Below, in pieces: positions 41,361-56,306 of a stretch of 64,000 nucleotides of DNA. The stretch's first letter is position 1. Each line of letters opens with the position of its first letter. The notes beneath the pieces were generated by a model that worked only from the letters and a program-made list of their open reading frames with translations, was not told the origin of the DNA and made no database searches. The stretch comes from Eledone cirrhosa (lineage: Eukaryota): NCBI GenBank assembly GCA_964016885.1, contig OZ024740.1, forward strand, positions 208,134,001 through 208,198,000, given 5' to 3'. The translations under genes and the position numbers were made by a program.

Positions 41361-41365
<5 letters not shown>
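40609..41365 (+). mobile_element. Non-coding HHR-bearing element: inverted 5' piece plus ~470-bp unit with a ~175-bp terminal direct repeat
   Basis: 40720-40893 repeats at 41189-41362; 40609-40720 is the reverse complement of ~41143-41255; flanked by (TA)n. Confidence 0.8.
41099..41179 (+). ncRNA. Type I hammerhead ribozyme with extended stem II
   Basis: gctgt CTGAAGA ...attggaaat/atttccaat... GAAA ccg-t-cgg TA acaac. The inverted copy reads acagc, which restores stem I. Confidence 0.75.
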
Positions 41366-42380
<1,015 letters not shown>

Positions 42381-42399
42381 GAGTATGTGTTGATTGTTT

Positions 42400-45300
42400 A
42401 CTGACACTTCAGTATGAAGGTTGGAGCACTCAACGAAGTGCGCAGATTGGTCTATTTACTCGGGAGTAATGTAAAACCAAGAAGCGTAAGTCAACAGGTT
42501 AAAATTAGTTTCGTTTAATCATATTCACTGCTAGATATATTTCACTAGCAATTTCAATAGCCATTATCAATAAGCTAATCCTCGGGGAACTGAAGAAGTG
42601 ATACAGGAAAACACCTGGAGTTACCCTGGAGGAGATCAACACCAAAGCATACAGCATAGTTATCCGGACTCGGCATAGGTGATAGGACGGCTCCTTAACA
42701 ATCGTGGGAGCCGACGATTACCATTAAGGATCACAAGCCCATCTTTGAATCTGACGTCCCGGTTAGATTAATAGCCCATCTGGGTCTGACCTAAGTATTG
42801 TCAGTAAAAGCATACTTGATATTTTGCCAACGCTTAGGAAATAAACTAAATTACAACAATGGTCAGGTACAGGTGATGTAATAGAGTGGTTTACACTATT
42901 ACCTGGGAATAATAGGACTAGCTTTATCCAATTGGATATTGCTAGTTACTACTCCTCAATCTCGCCCATAATACTTAATAAGGCCCTTATTTTCGCGATG
43001 TCTAAAACAGACCTAACCACGAGGAGGTGGGCATTATCCACGCGACCCGGAAGACCTTGGTCCGTTTCGGTGGGGACCTGTGGACCAGGAATGATTGACC
43101 AAATAACTTTGACATCACGATGGACTCCAGCGACTCTGCGCAGGTAACGGACCTGGTTGGGCTCTTCCTGCTGAAACAGATAAAAGTGGAAATCCCCAAC
43201 CTCGGCAGCGGACTATACTGCGATGATGCCCTCTTCACCGTCTATGACCACAACACCACTGTAGTGGAGGGAATGAAGAGGCGAATTAGATACTTATTTA
43301 GGAATCAAGGGCTCAGTATAGAATTAGACCCCAATAGAAAGGTAGTTAATTTCCTGGACACCACCCTAAACCTAAACACTGAGCTATACTACCCCTATCA
43401 TAAGCCTAACCAGAAGCTGGTATATGTTAACGCTAAGTCAAACCACCCTAGATCTATTATTAAGGCCGTAGTCAAGAGTGTCTCCGACAGGATCTCCAGC
43501 TTGTCCGCAAATAAGATATTCGATAGTAATGCTGATTATTATAATACAGCTCTAGGTAGGGTGGCTCATTGCCAAACTATATCTTATAACCCAAGGCGCC
43601 ATGACAGAGATGGCCCATCGGACCTCCCGACCTGCAGTATCAGGAAAAGGGGAAACCCAGGCAGTACAGGCAGGTTTGAATCCACTAAACCCCCTGAACG
43701 TGGCAGCACCACGTTAGCGAAAAGGACACATACGCCTGGGCATGCGAATAAACTTAGTACGCGAGGCGTATATAGCGGAGATACTAACCACCCCGGATCC
43801 ACGTCTCCAACCACATGACACAGACCGAGATGGATGAAGGAACATCTCAATGTGGAACCCCCGGTGTGGGCAAACATCACCCTACTGGTACGGACAGAAC
43901 AGTTAGCAAAATTCATAACGCCAAAAGGCACAGCAATAATTCAGGAAGAAGTAACACCCCGACAATTCCCCAACGGCCTGCGGCGTGCTCAACGCATCCA
44001 CTTAGGAATAGACTAAGAAAAATAACATGGTATAATCCACCCTACTCCGCGGGCCTGAAGACCAGCCTGGCCCGGTCATTCTTTAGAGCACTAGATAAAT
44101 GCTTCCCGAGGAACCACAGATACCGCAACATCTTCAATAGGCACGCGGTGAAGCTTCAATACTCAACTACGCGCAGCGTAGCCCAGCACATAGTTAATAT
44201 CAATAGGAATAGACTTAGGAACAGCAGCTGATTCTATAGGCACCCAGCCATGATGGGGTAAATGGTGGACCCGGGACTGACCCGAAGAACTCCAACCAAC
44301 CCAGGGACCCTGTACTAGTTTCAGGGATCAACCACCCCAAACTACACAATGGGAACCCCACAAAAGCATTCAGGCCTTGACCACTTCCTGCAACTGCAGA
44401 AACCCAACATTATGCCCCATTGATAATGAAGGCCGAGTGAAGAACATAGTATACAGATGCAAAGTTACAACCCCCAACTCGGAGCACCTTTACATAGGAG
44501 CCACATCAACGAGCTTCAAGGACAAATCGTATAACCACCGCCATTCCTTTAATAGGATAGACAAAAGGAAAAGTACGGCCCTTTCTGAACTGATCTGGAA
44601 GCTCAAGCTGGACAAGGCCCCGTACTCTTTGGTCTGGTCCAATATTAGAGAGGTGTCACCAAACAGAGGAGGATCTGGCATATGCAACCCCTGTCTGAGT
44701 GAGACTCTGGAGATACTCAGTAGTGGGTGTAATCTAATCAACCTTAGGGCCGCTCTCTTTGGTACTTGTAGACACCTTAGGACGGGAACTTTCCTCAAGC
44801 TATATGGATAGCAACCCCGTCACACTGAGCCTCTGGACACCAATCCCAGCTCTTATACCTACCTCTCGTCCCTCTCCTTTCGTCTCGAATAACATTTATA
44901 ACACCATTGAGCCGCACTTGCCTAGCAGCTAGAACTGGGCCTCACACCGCTATGGTCCACCCTTCTCTTTCACTTCCATAACTCGAACCCAAGTTAGCAG
45001 ACACTAGCTAATTAGCGAAGCGATGTACGTCGGCAGAGTCCTACCCTGTGTACAACCAGGCACTCCACGTTTCCGACCACCGGGCCTCACCACCCAACCC
45101 CGATCTGTGATCCGACTCTCCGAAGGATATGCTACCTCAAACCTGAGCCCTTTCGCACGCAAGAGTCAGTACTAACTACTACAAGTAAATAAGACACACC
45201 TATTACTTCTCTCTCCCTCCCCGAGGGGACATATGAGTCTGTGCCCGTGTATGCGTATCCACATATGTGCGTGTGTGTACTTATGTGTGCGCGTGTATAT

Positions 45301-46060
45301 ATGTGTACGGATGTATGTGTGGATGTAGATATGTGAATGCACTTATGTTTATTTGTATACGTGTGTACACGCATGGGTGTATGTTGATGGAAGTTTGCGG
45401 GTGTGTACTAAATGTTTAAAATACAGATTATAATTCTTAACATTTCTAGATTTTAGCACGTATTTGTTTTACCACACACATTTATAGCATCTCCCACTAT
45501 AAGACCTAACGATAAGGAGAAGCAATGGAACCATATCAGTTTACTTATGATGAATTCTTCCTTGACAATCTGAATACTTCCACAGCAGGGGATTGTAATT
45601 GACCAGCTAACTGACCTGCTCACACCACTACCACTACCACTACCACTACAGTGAAGTAGGTCAAGCGGACATTAATATACATGCAGTTAAAAGCGATTCT
45701 AACAGGCTGCCCTGTTTCTAGGAGAACTACCTGAAGAATTTCAATAGACTTTCGGCTGGGGAGGTGGTATGATATCTGACCAATGAGGTGAGGGCATATC
45801 CTTTGGACGCTGAAATTCGTTCATTCTATATCATATGCTTTCAGTTCCTTAGAGGACTAACACCACACTCTGGATCTGAACATATCAATGGGTTAACGAG
45901 GTAAAATCTATTACAACATTGTGTTTTCCTGTTTTTCTGTTCAAGTTATTACTGCCTGATGAGGTCATAGCTGTTGAATAATGGCTATCGCTGAAATTTA
46001 TATAGCAGCGAATATAAATAAACGAAGCTAATTTTACCCTGTTGACTTACACTTCTTGTT
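42400..46060 (+). mobile_element. Degenerate Penelope-like element (RT + C-terminal GIY-YIG) with inverted 5' pLTR and 3' pLTR/HHR
   Basis: RT: DIASYYSSI, TMDSSDSAQVTDLVG, GLYCDD, VNFLDTTLNL, SNHP. EN: CNCRNPTLCP..IVYRC..YIGATSTSFK..H..SF..C..C..CRH. 42475-42583 is the reverse complement of ~45960-46060. Confidence 0.9.
45952..46008 (+). ncRNA. Type I hammerhead ribozyme in the 3' pLTR
   Basis: ctgc CTGATGA ggtc-atagctgtt..aatggctat-cgct GAAA tttata TA gcag. Confidence 0.8.
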
Positions 46061-46215
46061 TATATATACACACACACACGCACGCGCATATTCGCAAACA
46101 TACACTCAAACTCTCAGAAACACACAGGTACACATACATATGTATATACATATATGCATACATGATGGCTGCCCCCCTCGTTATCGAGTATGGCCATTGC
46201 ACGAGAAGAAAAAAC

Positions 46216-46273
<58 letters not shown>

Positions 46274-46299
46274 TTAATAATAATAATAATAATAATAAT

Positions 46300-49200
46300 G
46301 GTTTCTTTATTAACCACAAGGGTTTACATAAAGTAGACATTAAAGACAGTACAGGACAATACAGGACGGTACAAAAGAGCATTTCTGCGTGTAAAAAAAA
46401 CAAAAAAACAGAGGATGTAATAATAGAACAATGAAAAAATTCCTCAATAGAGTGGAGACTTCCGAGGGACATTCGTGGAGAAAGCCCATTACAAAGCCAC
46501 AGTGACCCTGACCACCAGGGCAAGTGCCCTCTCCCAGTTTTCCACCTTTAATTTACAGACACATACTCAGAGTAGGCCCATTCACTCGGGCCATTCTTGC
46601 CTCTCTCACCCAATGCTGGGAAGAGAGCACTTCCCACTCTACCCTGATTTTCCTTTTCAAATGAAATTTGAAAAAGTTAATCAGGGCATCACCGAAGAGG
46701 TAAGTGCTCGTCTTCAGCCCTTTCAAACGTGTCCACCATACTATCTCTTTCGCCATGGCCACCAGACAGATAAAAACTGCCTGCCCTTCCCGGCTAAAGG
46801 AAGAGGGCGGGGCAATCCTCACGATGGACTCAACTGATAGCTGGATCCGTCCTACACTCGACAGCAGGTGTTCGACATAAACCCACAAGTCAGCAATGCT
46901 CGGACACTGGACGAGTGCGTGCAGGACGGTTCGTCGCCCTGTGCGCATCTCGGACATGCCCGCTTACGGCACCTCCATGCCTGTATAGTTTATCCCGAAC
47001 TGGCAAAGCTCCTCGGTAGCACTGCCAGGCCAGGGATTTCTGGAAGTTGTCCATAGGCCCCAGCCCAAAAGATCTTCCGAAGAGATTGGCTAGTTGATTT
47101 CCGTCGACGCCTAGAGTTTCCCCAAGTACGTCGTCGCTCTTCCCCTCCACTAATCCTCTATAGAACGCCAAGGTGGAGTTTCCACCGATGACATTGCCCG
47201 ATTGGTCGAGGGCTGTGAGCGCCTGAAGACATTCCAGTCTCCAAGCGCTCCCTCTCCGTCTTCGCTTGACCCAGGATTGCAGCTCCGTCAAGGAGACGAG
47301 CTGGGGAAAGACGGGTCTAGCAAACGGCGACCACACCTGATCACCGTCGAGGAAGAGGTAGAGATGTCGTAGCCTGAGCGCGTGTCTGCGCATTATCAGC
47401 CACGGCATGCCCAGCCCTCCACGTAGCGGGTGTTGATAGCAGATGGACCGCCTGACCATCGGAGCCCGTCCCTTCCACAAAAAGCGAAAGAGCAAACGCT
47501 CCAGCGCAGTCAGGCGGGGCTTAGGACAAGGTACGACGGTCAGACGGTAGTAGATGACGGATGCGATGTACGCGTTAGCCACCTCCGCTCGACCTTTCAG
47601 GGATAGCTTCCTCTCCGCCCATTTCTGGGTGAGAGAAGCCACCCTGCTCGTCACCTCGTCCCAGTTTTTGTCCGTCTGGAGGTCTGGACCGAACCAGACC
47701 CCTAGCAATTTAACCGGTCCGTCCGTCCAGCGCCCGACGACGCTGTTGGACGGCATGGACCTGCCTCTCCAGGTGCCGAGCTGCAGGCCCACTGACTTTT
47801 CCTGGTTGATCATTGCTCCTGTCACCGCTTCGTATTCTCTTAGTGTAGTGCCGATCGCCTCGATGTGTTTGGCGTTTGACATCACTACGGTGACATCAAC
47901 GTCTCCAGTTTGTGCAGTATGGCTCGAGAGTCAATACGTACAAGAGGGACGAGAGGGGACATCCTTGGCGGACCGAGCGCATGATGTTGAACGGTTCCGA
48001 AAGGTGACCGTTCACTCTCACCACAGAGCAGATGTCGCTGTGCATGGCAGCGATCCAGCCTCTGAAGACGGCCCCAAAGCCAGCCGCCTTCAGGACTGCC
48101 GCTAGGTAACGATAGTCGACCCTATCGAAAGCTTTAGACTGATCTAAATTGATCAAGGACCCACCCGTTCCAGGTTCCCTAGCTACCCTCTCTACGATGT
48201 ATCGTATGAGGTGGAGGTTGTCGTGGATGGATCCGTCGGGAATGGCGCATGTCTGCGCCTCTCCCACCAGACCACCAACGACAAGCGCCAACCTCTTTGC
48301 TAGCACCTTGGCCAAAATCTTGAACTGTATGTTTCGCAGAGTTATGGGCCTGAAATTATCTATGTTATCTCCCTTGTTTGGATCCTTTCTCAGCAGCGCC
48401 ACCGCTCCTCGGCTCACAGAGCTGGGAATTCTCCCGTTCTGTTACCAGTTGCAGTAGACGTCCGCCAAGAGGCCTCCGAACAAGTCTGGCATCTGTACGT
48501 AAAGTTCATAGGGCAGACCATCCAAACCAGGCGATTTACCCCTTGTGCAGCCAGTCATTGCCTCCCGTACTTCAGCGGCTGTTATCGGATTTTCACAACA
48601 CTCTGCCTCAGTGGCCGAGAGCTGCGGCAGTTCGTCGAGGTAGACACTAAAGTCCATCCCTCGATCCGGTCCGCCGCTGCTCCCCAACAGCTCTGCGAAG
48701 TGTCGCTGAACACATTTGCCCGGGATCGAGTAGCATGCGCCCGTCGTGGTACACCAAAGACCGGATCGTGGCTTTGTTGCCACGACGCGCCTCCGCCATT
48801 CGGGCCCATTGAACGGCTTTCGTCCCCTCGTGTCTGAGAGCACGCATCCTAGCTCTGACAACGCAGCCTTCGTGCTTTGCATTGAAGAATTGGTCAAGGG
48901 CCAATTTCGCCGCAAGTACGTCGGTCGCGATGCCTTTGCTAAGCGCCTCGTCTAATTTTCTAACTAGTTCTCCATCTGCTCTATTTTTCTCTATAGCTAA
49001 AGCCTTACTAAACCTAATGGACTCTATTCTAATCGCTCTTTTCAGAGTAAACCACCACTTATTGTTGACGATGGCCTCCGTCAATGCTCACTTAACTAAT
49101 TCGCTAATCCGGTCTCTGTAGGCCTTGCGCGCTGGTAAGGACGCGTTTAGCTTCCAGTAGCCGGGTCCTCGTCTATGAAGCCTATCTAAGTCAAGCACAC

Positions 49201-51493
49201 AGATCACGAATTTGTGGTCCGTGTAGCTGACTATCTTGAATTGTGGACAGCCTATGCTAGACCTATCTATTTCCCTACAAAATACTCTATCTAGATATGA
49301 TCTTGATGACCTGATGCGGTTTGTCCAAGTCCACATTGGCACATTCGGCAAATCCAATCGGTACTTGTCAGACAGTTCAAAACGCCTGAGCAGGTTGGTG
49401 AGGCTCTTGCACCCTCCTCCCCTATCCGCTAATCCCACACAGTCCCAGCGTGCATCTAAGATCCCGTCCCAGTCGCCCACTTACACTAAAGAGTGGGACG
49501 TTCCAAGAAAGGTCTCCAGACGCCGGAAGAAATCAGGCCGCCCTGCTCCTGTCGGGGCATAGACGGCCACTAGCCTGAAAGCTTGCCCGTCTCCGCTGGT
49601 CACGTCCAGCACCAACAACTTACCTTCTGGGTCCAGGAAGATGGCCGTATGGCGAGATCCAAACCTCTCCGAAAAAGCACAGCAACTCCTCCCCCCGATC
49701 CAGGACGGCTGGGAGTTGCGTACACATCGTAGCCGCAGAAGATCGGTGCGAAGGCCCGTGCTTCGGAGATTCTGGTCTCGCTGATGGCCACTACATCTAT
49801 GTTTAGTGACCTGAGGTCGTTGAGCAGGTGGCCCTGCTCCATGATGACCCCAAGCCACGCGCCTTTATGCTGCCTATTCTGAGTGAGGTCATGTTGAAAT
49901 GGAGTGGAAAAGATGGGAAAGACCACTTACCTTACTTCTCGTAGAAGAAGGATGTGTTCTCCATCCCTTTTCACTTGATCGTCTGGTGAAGGGACCGTTG
50001 AATCGTCCCTTCTGTGAGTATATCCGAATATACTCTCCGGTTGAGTGTCCCTCCTAGGTCTCTGAAATCACCAAGTGCGTTGGGGAATTTCGTTTTAATG
50101 TTTCTGTATTGTTTTTGTGCTATTCTAACCAGTCTTATGTTCGTTGGTGTTTTTATTGGTGCTGGTATTATGTTGTCGTGCTGTGAAATGTCTGTGTGTT
50201 CAATTATGTAAGTCAAAAGTTTCTTGTGTGTATTTATTGCTGTGCATTTGTTTTTATGGGGGTGTGGTGGGATTCTGCTATTTTCTTGTCGTTGTTGCTG
50301 GGTGTGTGTGTTTTGTTGTTGTGTTTGCGATGTTGGTGCTTGTGGTGGTGGTGTTGAAGGTGTTGTTGTTGTTTGCGGTGGGGTTGCCGCCGATGGTGAT
50401 GGTGGTGCTAGTGTGGGTGGTGATGGTGTTGCTGGTGTTGCTGCTGTAAATCTCTTTGCAGTAGCCTTTACCCTTTTTTCATTTCTTTCCTCCCTTTTCG
50501 AAGGCGACGATGCGCTGCTTCTGCGTTTGTGCCTTCTTGCAACCTTTTGCCATCCCTCTCCCACCTCATGTCCGATTCTGTGAGGTCGAGTAGGGGTACC
50601 AGCTCCACTCTTTCACTTGTTGTTGTTGGTGATGTCTGCAGTGGAGTCTCTGTTGCAGCTGCAGTTGGTATTACTGTTGTTGTTAATACTTCCACTGCTG
50701 CTGCTGTTCTTGATTTCCGTGGCGTGAGTATGGGTGCCACGGACCTATCCTTCCTGCTTTCCGCCTGTCCTGTTGCTGAAAGCAGTGGAGCCGGTTTCGG
50801 AAGGAGGGTGGTTTTCTCCTTTCTCAGGGTCTTCTCATTGCAGAAGGCCCTGAGGTGAGTTTTCGATCCCCAGCGAAAGCATTTTGGGCGTTTGCCCTCA
50901 ACACTTATGAGCAGTTGAGTGCCGTTATCGAAGTCTATCACATCCGGGATAGCTTCGATGCACTCCTGGTTGGTTTGGATTAACATCTCAATGGAGGTGC
51001 CGACCCAATCTTCTCGTACTTTTTTCTGTACTTGCAGTACATTTGTTTTGTCCTCGATTCCGACGAGGACAGACGCGGCCAGGGGGGTGTCAGTTTGACC
51101 CTCACAATTTTTGGCCGCAGTAGGAGGGCACCAACACCATTTCCTCGCTCCTTAGGGTCACTAAGGATTGAGCCTTTGCCTTCTGGGGTGTGGCAAAAAG
51201 CACGTCCACGGTGGCATATTTCTTGCCTCGGGTGATATGCGTTTTCCGCTGCCGTACAGTGCTGTTGGGTTTCGAAAAATGTTTCGGCTGCCTTGAAGAT
51301 TGCTCGGTGTCCGGTTTTCGTCACCATAATTCCTCATTTGTTATAAGGATGGTTTCCAGGTTCTTTGCGATACCTACAAACGAGAATGGTTTTTATTTCT
51401 TGTTGTTGCTGTTGTTGTCGTCGGAGCTGCTGTTACTTTTGTTGCTGCTGCTGGTACTACGACCGCCGCCGCCGCTGTTGCTGTGGTTGTTCT

Positions 51494-51525
<32 letters not shown>

Positions 51526-52124
51526 TTGCTGCTGCTGCTGCTGTTGTTGTTTATGCTGCTGCTGATGTTGTTGCGGCTGCTACTAGTGTTTTCCTTGTCA
51601 CTGTTGTTGCTGCTGCTGTTATTACGGCTGCTTCTGCTATTATTCATGACGTCAGACGAATGAAATGGCTTTCCGTATTTACCGCACACATTTTTCGTCG
51701 TTGTCGTCGTCGTGGAGAAATGTTCCACCGTATGCACGTGCTCTTGGTGAAAGCTATAAGAAACTATATTTTTCTTTTTCTCTAATGGCGTCGCTTGCGA
51801 AAGAGGCGGCACCACATTTAGAGAAGGGAGGGAGACAGACAATCTTCTCTCTGATGTCGTGATGATTGAGGAAGAAGAAGACGAAATGAGTGGGTGTAAC
51901 TTCTGAAAATTCTTTTTTGTAGCCATGTTTTGGGGGGGTTTAAAATGAATATTGGACACAAAACCCCAATAAGCGGTTTATTTAAACCCGAAGGGCCAAA
52001 TAACGGACAGAAAGACCCCTCTCACGTGGAGGAGGGTGTTTTTATCTACAATTTGGTTAAAGTTTTAAACAATATAAAAATTACTATACCTTACAGAGCC
52101 GAGCCTCCGTCAACCATGGCATTC
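46300..52124 (-). mobile_element. Full-length degenerate Tx1-like LINE (copy C) flanked by (AAT)n on both sides
   Basis: ORF1 ~51926-49927 and ORF2 from ATG 49892 to 46553 with frameshifts (GDWD, TDH, KSPGLDG, DQSKAFDRV, RQGCPLS). The 3' end AATAAAGAAACC runs into (ATT)n. Confidence 0.93.
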
Positions 52125-52198
52125 AATAATAATAATAATAACAACAATAATAATATATACATATATATATTTATATATACACACACAAAGACATAAAC

Positions 52199-52232
<34 letters not shown>

Positions 52233-52250
52233 GATATATACATGCATACA

Positions 52251-52868
52251 TGGTGGCTGCCAACTCGTTTTCGAGTACGGCCACTACTTTATATCCACGT
52301 AGGAGAACCCCTACTGATGCGCTGAACGAGTGTGACTTTTTAGTCCAGCCAGCGACTTGAAAACTCTGGTACAAACACTACACTAGTGACAATTATTGAC
52401 ACATAGTGCTAGGCCCATGGTACCATCTGACGACAAGTGCAGAGAGATCTGCAGATATAAAGCAATGCCTGTGCCGTGAAGCTTTTATAGTGAACAAAGG
52501 CACTGCACAAAGCCAGTCCCACTCTCTTAACCAAGATGATATTTACCAAAAAGAAGAACAAGTCAACATCATTGGATACCATCAGGGTTGCAGGTGTTAT
52601 ATCAGAGTTTTCCTTCTCCTAGAATTCTGCCTTGACAAAGGCTAAGGGGTCATCTCTCCCGGTGATTTTGGATGGCCATTGACTCTTAAGAGCTCCTTTG
52701 CCCTTTGACAGGTTTTGTTTTTAGTCCTGCAGGATGTCCAAAGTGACCCTCCTCACCAAGAAACCTTGGTGGGGTTGCCAGTTTAGTCGCCAACGACCCG
52801 ACCATGAGACAGGTTGTACTGGGATACATGTTACCAGTAGCACCAACTGGTGACCTGACATACCTGAC
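52251..52868 (-). mobile_element. Unclassified (TATG)n-tailed retro-repeat, colinear copy
   Basis: Homologous to 27572-28060; flanked by (CATA)n. Confidence 0.75.
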
Positions 52869-52917
52869 ATGCATGCATACATACATACATACATACATAC
52901 ATACATACATACATACA

Positions 52918-52948
<31 letters not shown>

Positions 52949-53164
52949 TCCAACCTTTCCAACATAACAACAGCCAGCCTGCCCCAATTACTGGTATGGG
53001 CGTGACGTACGTCATCAAGTAGGCACCATCGTATAACATAGTTTCTATATAACTCTGCAGTAACTTCTACTCCATTAGATAATTGGTGTTGCATCCACTC
53101 ATAATCAGGAAAACTAGCAGAAATATTCTCCGATCTACCACCACTCCAATGAGCGAAACCTGAT

Positions 53165-53420
53165 ATAATGACATATACCGAAATGTATTTCACATGTTCT
53201 GAAATATACTACATGTAAACCGAAATATATCACATGTATACCGAAATATATCGCATATATACCGAAATATATCACATGTTCTGAATTATACCACATATTC
53301 TGAAATATACCACATGTATACAGAAATATACCACACGCATACCGAAATATGCCACTTGTATACCGAAATATACAACATGTATACCGAAATATACAACATG
53401 TATACCGAAATATACAACAT
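53165..53420. repeat. ~21-22-bp minisatellite (ATACCGAAATATACAACATGT-like)
   Basis: Direct tandem repeats. Confidence 0.85.
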
Positions 53421-54365
53421 GCCCAACAGCCAGAACCAGAACCGCCCCAACTAAAACCCTGTAAATTACCCATGAACCTAATCTAAACCTTCTTTCGTTA
53501 ATCCCGAACAAAGAAACAACGAAGGGAAGTTGTAGACTCAGCAACTCAATAGTAAATTAAAACTAAATAGAAACCAAATAAACAATGCGAAATAACTTGC
53601 CACCCCAACACACGCTGCTCCATTTCCCTCTGCTGTAGAAATTAGTTGCAACGTGCCAAGCTGTATCGGCAATTTCCTTTCCCTTGGACAACATCGGTGA
53701 TATGAAAAGAGTAGACCGGTATGCATGGCCGACTGCTGGTCTTCCACAAACAACCTTGCCTAGACTTGTGCCTAGGAAGGGAACTTTCTAGATGCAAATC
53801 CCATGGTCATTCGTGATAGAAGAAGCTCACATGTAAACTATAAACAGGAGTTGAAACCAACTAGATTAAATTAAAGCAATAAAAATATGAAATAATAATA
53901 TTAAATAAAACAAAAACCAGAAACATTCGGGAATTTAAACAGCACGAAACCATACATTCCTGTGTATATATTTGTGTCTATATTACATAAATATATATTC
54001 TGAAGTCAGTATTGTATAATTTTAGGTAGATACGGCTGTTATTTCTAGCAGCTCAATAGACCACATGAAGCCTCATTTATTTCTGTTGCCCTCATTATCT
54101 ATAAGATTGCATCACAACCACTGAACTGAAAACAGTAATATATACGCATGGGTGCACACACTCACAGCTATCTTTCCGTTGCAATACCATCTCTGTTTGT
54201 TTACATGTCTCGCTCGTTTCACCCTATTTACTTGTCCCAATAACTTTATTTAGTTATTGCTCGCACCAACCAGAGGTATATGATTTTTAAAGCGATAAAA
54301 TACCAATGAAGGTTGGAAGGACTAATTTTATTCATATGTGCAACCACGCAGCACTTCATTTTTCT

Positions 54366-54399
<34 letters not shown>

Positions 54400-54412
54400 G
54401 AGAGAGAGATAG

Positions 54413-54486
<74 letters not shown>

Positions 54487-55169
54487 GTGAGGGTTTTTTT
54501 ACAAATTGAAAAATAACCGAGGTGTCCTACACGAGTGAAAGTATAAAGAAAAAGAGATGAAATCGAAAATGCAACTGGAGTCTTATTTTTTTTTTTAATA
54601 TATATATTTATTTGGTTCCTTTACCGGTTTCGCAGTTCTTCTGCTTTTCAAAAGTAGAGTTGAGATGGAGGGTCTGTGGTTTTTCTCACATCTGGTTGGT
54701 CTCTGAATGTTACTTGTTTTATATGGAAAAAGTGGCTCGAAATGCCAGGTTTTTCGAGAAGTAATTTGATTGGTTGGTCAATAATTATAATAAATTTCGC
54801 GCCAGTTCGCGTTATGATAGTTCTTCAAATAAGAGGGGGGTTGTCACAGGTTGTTTTTTTCATATATGAGTGTTTGAATTTCTTTTTACTTGAAAAAAGG
54901 GGCTCACGAAGGCTTTTTGGGGGATTGGTTATAAATGAAATTATGGCTGTCTCGTGAACAAGTTTTCATAAAATTTTCGCGCCCTTATTTGGAAATCCAT
55001 TCTGTAGCCTTTTTAGAGAATTTTATAAGTAAAAGATAATGGTCAAGAGAAATGGGATGGGAGAATTGTTCTGGTTCAGTGAATATGGTTAGTTCGCTGG
55101 GGTGTCAGAATTCAGATTTTCTATTGAATAAAGAAAGTAAAGATATGTATGTTTATTTGTGTGCTTGTG

Positions 55170-55207
<38 letters not shown>

Positions 55208-55433
55208 GTGTGTGTGTGTTTGAATTTCTTTTTACTTAAAAAAAAAGGTGGCTCACGAAGGCTTTTTTTTAATAAACGTGATTTGATTGGTTATAAATGA
55301 AATTTGGCTGTCACGTGACAACGTTTTTTGAAATATCCAGTTCTGCGTTTACAGATTGACTTTGTTAGTTTCAGAAGATCCCGTTAAGGGTGAAAGCAGC
55401 GATTCTTTGCTTAAACTTTAATCTGTTATTTTA

Positions 55434-55573
<140 letters not shown>

Positions 55574-55577
55574 CGAG

Positions 55578-55831
<254 letters not shown>

Positions 55832-55993
55832 GATTTCGCTTCAAGCATAGCTTTGTACAAATATGTATAGAAATTTCGTATTTCTAAAGAAACACGGTAT
55901 GTTTACAGGAAATATTTAGGAAGCCGTAGCTAGACGAGAAAAGTATATATTATCGACTGGTCTCAAGTCCAGCAGTTGCAAGCGGTGGGCGAG

Positions 55994-56037
55994 ACCGTCC
56001 TGACGAAGGCCAGTCAAGCCTGAAATGCATAGACGGT
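55994..56037 (+). ncRNA. Minimal type I hammerhead ribozyme inside 70-bp inverted arms (55863-56163)
   Basis: accgtc CTGACGA aggc-cagtcaa-gcct GAAA tgca TA gacggt. All stems pair; stem III (ATGCAT) is palindromic. Confidence 0.9.
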
Positions 56038-56163
56038 TGTCCCACCTTGCTTCTGCTGAACACCACTAGAGGGCGTTAGCCCCGGTGTTTGCATAGCTAC
56101 GGCTTCCTAAATGTTTCCTGTAAACATACCGTGTTTCTTTAGAAATACGAAATTTCTATACAT

Positions 56164-56275
<112 letters not shown>

Positions 56276-56306
56276 ACACGGGTGTGTATGATTGTGTATA
56301 GAAGAT

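Noticed and set aside
52770-52850. HDV-like ribozyme in the repeat head
   Set aside because: CTAA plus a P2-like pairing are present, but there is no room for the P1 3' strand between P3 and P1.1.
53165-53420. CRISPR-like periodic repeats
   Set aside because: Contiguous tandem units with no unique spacers, eukaryotic context and no cas genes.
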